DNA of 64,000 nt from the NCBI RefSeq assembly GCF_036321535.1, contig NC_087437.1, forward strand, positions 94,428,001-94,492,000, written 5' to 3'. The DNA comes from Camelus dromedarius (Eukaryota). The translations under genes were made by a program, and so were the position numbers. The notes beneath the pieces were generated by a model, which saw nothing but the letters and a program-made list of their open reading frames with translations, was not told the origin of the DNA and did not search any database. This document shows positions 24,804-36,163 of this stretch, one piece after another (within the stretch, counting starts at the first letter, position 1; each line of letters begins with the position of its first letter).

Positions 24804-24889
24804 CTCTAAAAGCGCCTGACATGTGCAGGCTTGACTTCTTGTCTGTAAAGTAATAGTTAGAATCATATTTGGCAGTAAATTTCACTGAC

Positions 24890-25270
24890 CCATAATAACA
24901 GTGGCAGGTAAAAGGCAGAAATGTATTTTCATCTTTTGTAAATGGCCACACATGTGAGGCTAAGTGTTGGTATGTTGGCTCGGCTCCGCAAACTGCTCAG
25001 GAACCCATACTCTTTAGACCAGAGTTCTTCCATCTCTGTGGTGTCACCGTTAGCATCATTGTCTAGAATAGCAGCATCTAGGTTCCAGGCAGTAGGGTAG
25101 AGAAAAGATACATAAGCGTGAGCTAAAGGCAAATAGCAACTATCTTTCGAAGAATGTTCACAGAAGCTGACAGGTTTCACTTCCACTGATAGCCCACGGG
25201 CTAGCACTTAGTTTCAGAAAGTCAGTCTTTTTTGTAGTCAACCAGTTAGTCAGCTAAAAACGGTTAGTTC
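24890..25270 (-). mobile_element. MaLR LTR (MLT1J-like)
   Basis: caggaaccca...ttcttccatct...ttccaggcagtaggg...cacttccactgatagccc...gtcagctaaaaa. Confidence 0.6.
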
Positions 25271-28200
25271 ATTAATTAGGAAAGAAAGGAAGACATGTTT
25301 TTGAGTAAGTAGCAGCCCCTGTCTTAGGCTTTCTCTGGGACCCCATCCATGGACTCCAGGTAATTGCAAGATTTGTATCTCTGGTAAATCTGCCGTTAGA
25401 ACAGGACTGTGAGAGGATCCGAGGTGTCTCAACAATGTGATACATTGCCTTCTCCAGAAAAATTTATGTTCAAATATGGATGAATGCCTCAATTTGATTT
25501 AGACTGTTATTGTATTTATGGCAATTCAAGACTTTGAGTTGTCAGAGGCACCTTGATGGCACACAAATCATTCTCTATTGCTAAGTTGGCGAGTCCCTAT
25601 GCCTGTGCTATGTTGTTCGGTAATTACCATGGAATCCCAGGCATTTCCATACTATGGATTACTTTTAGGCTTCAGGCAAAAAAAAAAAAAAAGTTATCAT
25701 TTCGATTAAAACTTTTCAAATTTGAGCCACTACTTTTCTTTAAAAATGCATTTGCTCACTCAAACTTCTCTCTTTATTTTAGATTCTGTTACATCTCTTG
25801 CCCTACCTAAACAGATATATGGTCTTCTTTTTAATAAGAAGAAACCTTATTAAAAAATACCATCTAATGTTTTTTCTTTGAAAAAGAATACGATTAGGCT
25901 TTGTACAGAGTCCATAATTGATGTTATGAACAGGGAGATGTGCTCTAATTATACAGTCCTTTCTTAAACTTTCGTTTTGTGATCAAATATGGAAACTGTT
26001 TAGAAAGGTTAAAAAACGGATTATTTTGAAGCTTATCAGCAATGTCAACATCTCCTCAGCAGGTTTCTTGATTTATTCTGTAGTGGTTGAGAGTCAACTC
26101 TTTCTGCTTTATGTGCTGATTTACTTTATAAATTATTAATGTTCTCGCTGACTGACTAAACACTTGAATTCCTCAAAAAATTTTGATAGTGCCAGCAATT
26201 CTTTCTGTTAGTACTGGTCCCCTGTAGGAATACTTTCAGACTGAATTGAGTAACTTGATGGCAGTTTAGCTACAAATCCACTTCTTTGTTAACTAAATGG
26301 AAAATAATTCAGCAGGGAGATGCAGACAAAACCGACAGTTGAACCTCTAGGTTTTCTCAATAGAAGCATATTTTGGGAGAACTAAACTACAGTAAAAATA
26401 ATGTAGAATTAACTTCTAATTAAACTTTCATCTGTCGTATATGTTTGCTTACCTCCCTTACCTACCTGTCTGCCTGTGATCGTTCCTTTAACCAATAATA
26501 AAGGAAGAATAAAAACATGAAAAAAATATGAGTGAAAAAAATGAATCATGACTTCATTAACTAACCAGGTATGTTATTACAATTTTGATGTATGTCCCCC
26601 CTTGTCTATTAATATTAATAGTTTTAAATACATTTTAAATAGTTGTAGTCAGAAACTATATACTTTGAAATACCGTTTTCAATTTAACCTTGTGTCAAAG
26701 AATATTGTGTCACATAAGTTTTCAAAATCCCTATGTTTAATTAGCTGCATAGGATCCCTTTGAGAGAAATTAGTATAATTGAGTATTTCCTAATTGATGG
26801 AAATGGAAGTGGCTCCCAAATTTTAATACTTAAAATAATACTGCAGTCAACATTTTCATTTAGAAATACTTTTGATTAATTTGTTAATAGAGATTTTGCA
26901 ACTAAATGGAATGGGTATATATTTAACTCAGCTCTTGTATGATCAGTTTGGTTTTTACAAAATGTTGACAATATTTACAATAAGACCACCCTCTATAAAA
27001 TTAGACATAATTATTTCCAAGTTTTAGGAATTAATAAAATACTAGCTTATTGTTGAGTAAATATTTTTGTGTTTCTGATTAAATCTTTCTGTTTCTTGGT
27101 TATATTTCCTTTTTGTGAACTTTGCATTTCATCATCCATGAGGCTCCTAAACTTCTGTTATTAATATATGAGTTCTTCATGTATTTGTGGCATGCAATTT
27201 TACAAATATTTGTCATATTATCTTTTGGTCGTGTTTTTTGTTCTTTTGTATTTGTTTTCCCATATTAAAGTCTTTTAGTTTTAAGAATAATCTATATAGC
27301 CATATCTTTTTTGTCATTACTTATAGCCTATACTTTGGCATTTATTCTCCCTTTCCAGATGTTCCAAAACGTTTGAATTATTTTATTCTCTTTAAAGTGT
27401 CTTAACTATTTCAAAATACAGCCTAGTTCACTTGGAATTACTTGCATCATATGTATGTGTGAAGGAGGTATCTGTATCTTTTTTTTTTTTGAAAATTGTG
27501 TAATTCTTTAATTAATATTGCTAAAATTCCAAACAGGGGATGACTTGATCCATCCATCCATCAGCTCATTTAGCTATTCATTCTTTTAAAATATCTTTGA
27601 GTGACTACTTGTAAAGTTTATTTTATTATGCAATGAGAATTATATGCCATTTGGAATCATTCTTCTTAATCACTCAGGTGGAAATAGCCCTAGTCCATTG
27701 TCCTGCCTAGCACCAGTTCTGACTGGTTGGATGGTCGGCATCAAGGAAAGCCACATGGACCAGGCTGAGAGCTCGAGAGAGGTTTTAGTTTTCTGGACAT
27801 TTACCCCTGCCTTCCTTCTAGCGCTTATCTATCACTAGACCCCTTGGTTCTTTTCCCAAAGAAATGAACCCAATATCCTTTTTGGGACAATATATCTGGC
27901 TGTGATTTTTTTTTTTTATTCCCTAAGAATAATTTTCAGAAAAACAAAATTTATCAATTTGCCACTCAAAACACTAGGAGGTAGTGATGACTTTATGTGA
28001 TCTCAATCTGAAAATCTCTTTGAGACCACAACAGATGCGTCTGTTTCACCGTCACCTTGAAGTGCTGACAGTGTGTAAGGAAGTACAACCTGGAAAGAGA
28101 CTTGTGAGGAGGCAGATTATCTCGGTGCCATTTTTTCCCACTTCTGCTCCATTTGGGGAGATCAGTTTAGTTAAAACTGTGTCAGGTACCAGGATTATCT

Positions 28201-31200
28201 TTCATTCATTTGAATTAGTGCTGAGGAGCAAACACTAAAGATGCCTAGATGCTGTTTCTAATTTGCTATATAAAATTTATTGCCATGGATGTCTTTTTTC
28301 CTTCTATCCTCTGTTTACATAAATCACTCACTTAAACTGAGTTATAGCTCAATTCCCAAATATAATCTGTTATTACAGTAAGATTTATTATTTATATCTT
28401 ATAAGCAACAAAAATTGGCTTTCTGTTTAGTATTCCCATACGCCAGATTCTTCTCATTACAAGTAAGCAATAAGGAAAAGCAATAGAATCCACAACAAGG
28501 AGGGAATAAACATGCAAAGCCTTAGGAATTGTCTAAAGGGATTGCCCCAAGACTGGCAATCCCTCTTTTGGGGAAAGTTAAAGGCTATACCAACATACAG
28601 TTTGAAAATTTTAGAAAGGATACAAATTATCATTATATCACAAATATATATAGTCACATATTAACATTTTAGTGAAAAAAAATACCCAAATATCTTCTCA
28701 AATGATACAATGATGCTATTTTTTGTTATAAATAGAGCAGGGGAAAACCACAGCAATACACACTTAAATTTTTTTGAGACTAAATTCTCCATAATAAAAT
28801 TATTTACCCAACAGTGGTTTAGTTGTGAACTCAATGACAGCACAAAATACCTTATATGTTTTTTTTTACATGCTGAATATTTCACTCCAGATTCTACATT
28901 TAGTAATGGGATATTTCAAAATGTAATTTCTTGTTAATAGACTCTTAATCCCCCCAAATCACTTTAAGGTTGTTCAATAGCAATTTTCAAGCTGCTGGAA
29001 TTTTCTGCACTTTCAGAGGTTTTTTTTTTTTTTATTAATAAAATAAAAGAATAATAGAAAACGAACACTGTTTCAAAGGGGTATATTAAACTAGCTTCAA
29101 TAGTGCACATTGGATTAGTATAATTAAATTGGAATTCAAGGTAAAGTTTTTATATTTTGAGTCAAACGGAGGAGGGCCAAGCTGTTACACTGAATGTCTT
29201 GCATATTCAGTCGATTTGTTTAATGATGCACTGATTTTTTATGCATTAGACATAGCTAAAGTCTTTTATTGGTCTTATTTCAAAGATCTTTACTTTTAAT
29301 AAAAAGACAGCATGTAAGATTCATCAGATGTTCAAATTTACCTCATTTGCTTCAAATCTCTGAACAAAATGTAACAAATAGCTAGAATGCCTCAGATTCC
29401 ATCTCCTTCCTCTTTCCCCTGGAGATAATCAGTACACTGACAAGGTCCTACAATTCAAAAAATGTGTTTTTGTCCCTTTGCTTTTAAAGTAATTGATTTT
29501 CTTCCAAGAAGTGGGAAAATAGAGAAAAAGTACATTTTTATTATAATTATTGTCATAAGATAGAATCCTAGAAGCAAAATTACATAGTCAAAGTTTATAA
29601 AATGTTTTAAGCTCTTAATATTTATTACCAAATTGCTTTTCAGAAAAAAAAAAGGAATGGTTATACTTCTTATAAAGGATTCTTTATTTTTTTATGCTCT
29701 AAAAAGTATTTTCATGATTATGTTGTGAAACACTTGTAAATATGAAGATCTGGTTCATATGAACTACATGTTCTTACGGATACCACAGCTAACAGCACAT
29801 TGCTTAAGGTGAATGGATAAAGTCTGTACTAATAATATCCCTTCAAACATTATTTTAAGGATACCATTTGAAAGTAGCATCCACTTCTCTTAATTTTAAG
29901 TTGATGGAGAAAATGTGAGCCATTTATTTTATTAGTTTGAAACATTTTCGGACAGAAGGAGAAAAGCTTGATCTTGAGATGGGCCAAGGTAGGTGGTAAA
30001 CCACGTTTTCACCTATCAAGAGACACATCACTGTCACTAATAAATCTATTTTAAAATCCCTTAAACTTTTTAATGACGTTATACAAATGTGGAGGTAACA
30101 AAAGAGATAAGTGAATAAGCTGTTTTTTTGTTCTCTGGCTAATTCATTATTTATAAGATAATAAATTAATGCTGAATATACATCCTGACACCAAAATGAA
30201 TATATCTACTAAGTAATATTTATTATAATTTATTAGCTAGAATGTGTGCCTCATTCTATAATTTCTGGAGAGTTTTTTTTTTTTATAAAGACTTTGCAAA
30301 TCTAAGGAAATCTAATGTATTTGAGTGATTGCATAGAAGTTGTTCAAAATACTCATTTCCGAATCCAATTTAGGCCTCTAATTCTCGTCTGAACTTCTCT
30401 TTATTAAAGATGATATTCAAATTCCAAATTTGGCTAGATCCAAAAGTTTTAGGAACAAGACATTGTCTGAGTTTTGACAAAATATAATGGAATTTAGATA
30501 CCCACTGACACTTACTTAAATAAATCTTGGCAATTATAATCTTCAAATGGGATTTGAGAAACCCTGTCTGAATATGGCACCATTTACTTAGTCCTTTTTG
30601 CTGTCTTTGACAAAATGGAGGTTTAAGTTACATTTCATGCCTTAGATTTTGCACTCTGTCAAAAAGCACATCTCTATGTATTTGATTAAGGAGACAAGCT
30701 GTGTGAGTACTTCAGCGAAACTGCTTTTGGAACACCAGCTTTCCTGTGTCTTTCTTTTGGAATCCAGCTGCTAGAAGAGGCATACAGGGCCTGTGACTGG
30801 ATCAGTGCTTTCAAGGCTAACGCTGCTATTCTATTCCCACGTCAGGACACTAATCCACCCAGCAGGCTACTAGCCACTTGTTTGTCCATCTCAGCATCTT
30901 AACTGGTTTCACCAAAACCATTCTCTCACTCAGCCAGGGTAGAGAAACAAATTTGGTCATTTTAATTTCAGATATATATTTTTTTCTTCTCCAAGATAGC
31001 TCCATTCTCTCAGGATAAGTAAGCATTGCCTCACAGAGCCTGTTTGTTCTGATCTATACCCACCTCTCCAGCTTTGACTCTGGACTCTTCTGCTTTGTGT
31101 TCAATACTCAACAAATCACAGCTCCTTTTATATCTCCTAAAAATACCACCGCATCTCTTGCTTTCTATTTTGAACTATTGTTGCTCTCTATGACAATAAT

Positions 31201-31360
31201 ACTTTCCCGCCCCAACCTTATTTTTTTTTCCCTTAGATAATTCCTGCTTTTCTTTAGGCATAAAGTTGATTCTATCTGCCAGGAGGTTTTCTCTAACTCT
31301 AGAAAAGCAACCTATAATTCTATAAAAATTTTAATTATGTCTGTTTCCCAGAGTGGAAAA

Positions 31361-31890
31361 TGTTACCACACACTCCATAGACAGAGTGCAGGCTGCATGC
31401 CCTCAATGAGACAGGAGGGAGGGGGGCAGGGCACAACCATTAAAAGAAATGACATAGCCATTGGGGACAGACATAAACTGGTTAGAACCAGTTTGGCCCA
31501 AGATGGTGGAAGATTCAACTTCCCATAGACCTTGAGCCTCATTATATGCTCATTGTACTACATCAGCATGCTAAATGGCATACCCACAGGCACCATGACA
31601 GTTTCCAGACTGACCATAAAGGGCCAAGAAGTGGGAAGGGCCCATTCCTGGGAATCTCTACCCCTTCCCCAAAATAGTTGGAATGATCCTCCCACTTGTT
31701 ATCATATGAAATTACCCAGCCCATAAAAACTAACCACTCACACAACTCAGGGCTGCCTCTCTCGCCATCTCAGTCTGCCCGCACTCTGTCTATGGAGGGT
31801 GTATCTCCCTCAGTAGATCTACTCTCACTTTACTGTAGCTCGCTCTTGAATTCTTTCCTGTGCGAGACAAGAACCTATTCTCCAGCAGCA
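31361..31890 (+). mobile_element. MER41-like ERV1 solo LTR
   Basis: TG...CA ends; MER41 blocks ccaagatgg, ctcattatatgctc...agcatgctaaa...caccatgacagttt, ctctgtctatggag, gaattctttcctgtgcgagacaagaacc; flanks gaaaa / gaaga. Confidence 0.85.
31645..31654. promoter_or_regulatory. STAT-type palindrome TTC-N4-GAA within the MER41-like LTR
   Basis: TTCCTGGGAA at the position where MER41 LTRs carry their first GAS site; function untested. Confidence 0.5.
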
Positions 31891-32734
31891 GAAGATACCT
31901 CTATGAAGGAAGACTCGAAACAATTTTCTCTCTGTGATATTCTGTGGCTAATACAACACTAGGCACAAAAATACTTTTTTTTTTTTTTTAAGAATGAGCA
32001 ATCAAATGTATGATTCATAGGTTGGTTTGAAAAAGAAACATGTGCATCAAAATTTACTTTAAACATACAGTAAATATCACAATTTGAACCTGTTACCATT
32101 GAAATCATGATAATGCTAGGAGTTCTTGCCTAGAAATTAACTTTGTACTTGTTATTAAAGCTTAGCTTATATCTAGGATTAGTGAGAAACTGGTTACCAT
32201 AATAAAGACAACAGTTTCCAGACCCTTAAATTCACATCAGCTACACAGTTGGTCTTAAGAATAGAATGTATCTGTTAATTTTTTGGTTCTGTTTGTAATG
32301 AGAAAACAAATTCTTCCACTTAGACATTTTTATCTAAAATAGTAGGGATACATTTTTTTCCATCCTCAAATTATACCTTACTGTAAAATAAATAGATAAA
32401 TCTTTCTATGTCTGTTATGCAGAAAACTGTGTGTTCTATAAAGTACATCTATGCTATATATTCTATTATGTAATGGATAATATTTCACACCTTATCTACT
32501 GTTATCATGGGCTGTTGTTTCTTTTATAAGTTTTGAAGAGTTAGACTTTTTTGCCTTTTTCCTTTGTGATCTGGAACATTGAGATAATATGTAGTGACTG
32601 TGAAGGGCGGAGGTGATGCTACTGATTTCCCAGAAATTCTGTTCTGTGGCTGTGGATATATCTGGCTTTAGAAATTCCATAGCCAGGTAGCTATTTCTCT
32701 GGGTTAGAGATCATCTCATTAATGCAAAAATGTT

Positions 32735-32937
32735 AGACAGTATAAGGACTGGTTCTCAAGAGAGTTGGGAATTCACAGACCTGTGTTTAAATCCTCTTAC
32801 TAAACAAAGGAGAATGACATCTGTTTAAAGCCACAATTCTTATAATAGTACTTATCTTGCAATTCACTGTGAAAATAGGAAGTTACATATATAAAGTGTC
32901 TGGAACATAGTAGACATCCTGTAAATAGTAACTATTT
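32735..32937 (+). mobile_element. MIR SINE (decayed)
   Basis: cagacctgtgtttaaatcc...ataatagtacttatct...tctggaacatagtagacatcctgtaaatagtaactatt. Confidence 0.7.
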
Positions 32938-32943
32938 AAAAAT

Positions 32944-33100
32944 GGAGGGAGAGAGTATATTTCAAGCAGTAGAGTGCATGCTTAGCATGCATGGGGTCCT
33001 GGGTTCAGTCCCCAGTACCTCTTCTAAAAATAAATAAAGCTAATTACCTCCCCCTCCACACACACCAAAAACAAACAGAAAAAATAAAATAAAATAAAAT
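32944..33100 (+). mobile_element. Camelid vic-1-type tRNA-derived SINE
   Basis: gtagagtgcatgcttagcatgcatggggtcctgggttcagtccccagtacctc; B-box gggttcagtcc; ctaattacctcccc block; A-rich tail; short flanking repeat aaaatg. Confidence 0.9.
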
Positions 33101-33385
33101 GCTGGCTTAAAAATGTAATTACCAAATATTGTTTTACTTCTCATTCATTTATTTTATAATTGACTAGGCATGTGCTTGGGATGTTTTGGATGCAATAAAA
33201 GACATGAAAAAGTACGTTGAGGGCCTGGCATCTGAGACCTGACTAATTTGGAGAATATTTATTAAATTAATAAGAAAAAATTTAGAGACATTGAGATAAA
33301 AAGTGCTATTCAGCTGGAGGTCGATATAACAGTACTAGGTAACTGGGATTACAGGTTAAGACATGCCTAGTGGAAAAGATATATT

Positions 33386-33885
33386 TGTACTTGTCTATTG
33401 CTGCTGCGACAGAATATCACAGATTTAGTGGTTTAATGCACTACAAATTTATTATTTAGAGTTCTGTAGGTCAGAAATCTGACACAGTCTCACTGGGCTA
33501 AGATCAAGGTGTAGACAGAGCTGCGTTCCTGGCTGGAGGCTCAAGGGGAGAATCTGTTTTCTTGCCTTTTCTTGTTTCTGAACACCCTGTTCCTCCAGCT
33601 TCAAAGTCAGCAACAGCAGGTAGAGCAGGCAGAGTCCTTTTCATACCGCCATCTCTCTGGTCCTCTCCTCTGTCGTCACAGCTCTCTGTCTGACCTCAGC
33701 TGAGAAAAGGTCTCTGTGTCTAAGAATTTGTGTGATTACTTTAGGGCCACCTGGATAATCCAGGGAACAAATCCTCACCTCAGAGCCCTTAACCTTATTC
33801 ACCTCTGCAAAGTCCGTCTTCCATGTAAAATAGCATGTGTACAGGTTCCATGGATTAGGGTACAGATATATTGGGGAGGGCACTA
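33386..33885 (-). mobile_element. MaLR solo LTR (MLT1D-like)
   Basis: ctattgctgct...gttctgtaggtcagaaatctgacac...gggccacctggataatccagg...acaggttccatggattaggg. Confidence 0.9.
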
Positions 33886-34479
33886 GTGGCTTTGTAAAAG
33901 TATTTGGGGATGATCAGAAAAAACAGGCAGTTTTACAGTTTTGCCAGAATCCAAATACAGTATTGACTAACAGCTAGTGATATTTATAATTTAAATCGAT
34001 TCAGTTTGTCAGGAACTTCATTAAATCATCGCTGTTCTTTCTACAGCTGAATAAATAATTATTTGATAATTCAGAATTATTTTAAATTTACATAGACTGT
34101 TCCTTTAACCAATTCTGAATTTATGAGAGTTGAACTTTGGAATTTCATTTTGAAATACTTTTTTATCACAACATGTTATTCCAATCTAGCCATTCTGTCA
34201 CCAGATTATGTTTTAAATCAGGAACACATGAATTCAAACATTATAACTTCATAAATGCAATGATAAAACTAAATTGAAGGAAAAAAAAGTTAACATATTG
34301 TTTTTATAATAGATTGGAGGAAGAATTATAGGAAGAAAAGGCAAGACATTCTCCTGAATAGCCACTGAACTAATTCTAATCTGCTGCTTATTTTTTTCAC
34401 TTTTAGTTGATTAGCAACTTTTGTTGCAATGCTTTCTTCTTGCTTTGTCTTATTTGCCTCACGGAGAGAAGAGAATGGT

Positions 34480-34690
34480 GATCAGTGTTTACTATGAAAC
34501 TGCATTGGGCAGTATATCTAACCTAATTCTTATATCAACCTCATGTGGCAAAGTTTTTATTCCTCCTTAAATGGTGAAGAAACACTTGAGTAAAGAGATT
34601 TACCCAGTATTGTAAGACATATTATGTCGCTGGCATTGAGTTCATATTTGTAGGTTCCAAAGCCTCAGCTTTCCCAATAAATCACAGCAT
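34480..34690 (-). mobile_element. MIR SINE (decayed)
   Basis: aattcttatatcaacctcatg...tgaagaaac...ggttccaaagcctcagctttccc. Confidence 0.55.
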
Positions 34691-34968
34691 CTAATTATTT
34701 TACAACATAACATTGTTTTACACTGTCCGTGATGCCAAATCAAGTTGTCTGGAACCTTTATTAATTTTATATGAATATATATAAATACCTAAAATCAAAG
34801 CTTTGAGATCCTGTATTAACTTGCCAAAGACCCACCCCTAGATTACTGCCATTATATGATCTGTACGGTAGTTACCTGGAAACCTTGTCTTTATTTGATG
34901 TAACTCAGAACTTGCTCACTGCACACAGCTTTATCCCCAGTGTGTTTTTGAAACAGAGACAATTGTTT

Positions 34969-35220
34969 TTATCTATTTATTTATTTTGTACTGAAGTATA
35001 GTCAGTTACAATGTCTCAATTTCTGGTGTACAGCATAGTGTCCCAGTCATGCATATACATATATATATTCATTTTCATATTCTTTTTCATTAAAGGTTAT
35101 TACAAGATATTGAATATAGTCCCTTGTGCTATGCAGAAGAAATTTGTTTTTTAACCTATTTTTATATATAGTGGCTAACATTTCCAAATCGCAAACTCCC
35201 AAATTTATCCCTTCCCACCC
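34969..35220 (-). mobile_element. Young lineage-specific L1 3' end with TSD
   Basis: gaagtatagtcagttacaatg...aggttattacaagatattgaatatagtcccttgtgcta; TSD agagacaattgttt (34955-34968) / agagacagttgttt (35221-35234). Confidence 0.9.
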
Positions 35221-35867
35221 AGAGACAGTTGTTTAACATCACATCTACCCCAGGCAGCAGTGCTAGCAGTTGTGGTAAAAAGTTGGCTGAAAAAATAGAA
35301 AAGTAAAAGTTAGGTATTGAGATGTACATTTGCAACTTTGGAAAGCTCCAATTTATTCCTGTGAATTTAGAGGGCCACACTCATATTCAGAGCTGTGCAC
35401 ATGCCCAAGAAACACAAGAGAATGCCCTAAGATCTCATCCCTGCCCTACCTTTTACTCTATATAACCAGGAAATGAAAGGTAAGGCAGAACTACAGTAAA
35501 CTGTCTGCTGGAGCATTGAACTTCATATAAATTTTAATACAGAGACATATATGTCTAAACACACAGTTAAACTAATGAAAAGCAAAAACAAATAGAGAAT
35601 CATACAGGTAGCAAGAGAGAATTACTCATCACATGCAAGGCTCTTCATTAATATTAGCTACAATAATCAAGATGGTGTAGTACTGGAGTAGGTTAAACAT
35701 ATAGATCAATGGAATAGAATAGAGATCCACAAATAAACACGTATGTCTATGGTCAATTGTCAATTGCTATCCATAAATGTAACAAGACTAGCCAATGAAG
35801 GATGAAGTCTTTTCAACAAATGGTGCTGGGATAACTGGATAGCTAAGTGCAAAAGAATTAAGTTGAA

Positions 35868-36163
35868 ATTAATATATATTAATTATATACTTTATATGTA
35901 TAAAGAATATATATAAAAGATAAATATATTAATAAAGAATATATATATGTATATATATATATATATTCTCCTTTGTCTATTCATCTGTTGTTGGAACCTT
36001 AGGTTGTTTCCATATCTTGGGTATTGTGAATTTATTCACAATATCATTATTATTGCTGCAATGAAAATGGGAGTGCAGGTATCTCATCAACATATTATTT
36101 TCATTTCCTGTGGATATACACCCAGATGTAGGATTACTGGATCAATAAAGCTGAAATCCTAAA
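35868..36163. mobile_element. 5'-inverted (twin-primed) L1 insert with (TA)n tract
   Basis: Antisense L1 segment ~35965-36142 followed by sense caataaagctg plus A-run; TSD aaaagaattaagttgaa (35851-35867) / aaaagaattcatttgaa (36164-36180). Confidence 0.75.

Larger units (their letters stand above)
31030..32010 (+). mobile_element. L2 3' fragment interrupted by a MER41-like LTR
   Basis: L2 motifs ccaggaggttttctctaac and tgtctgtttccc before the insert; ctctatgaagg...aacactaggcaca...gaatgag after it. Confidence 0.6.

Noticed and set aside
32944..33020. Possible tRNA-Ala gene (also 51440-51514)
   Set aside because: tRNA-like head is degenerate and followed by a SINE body, A-tail and TSD, so it is a SINE
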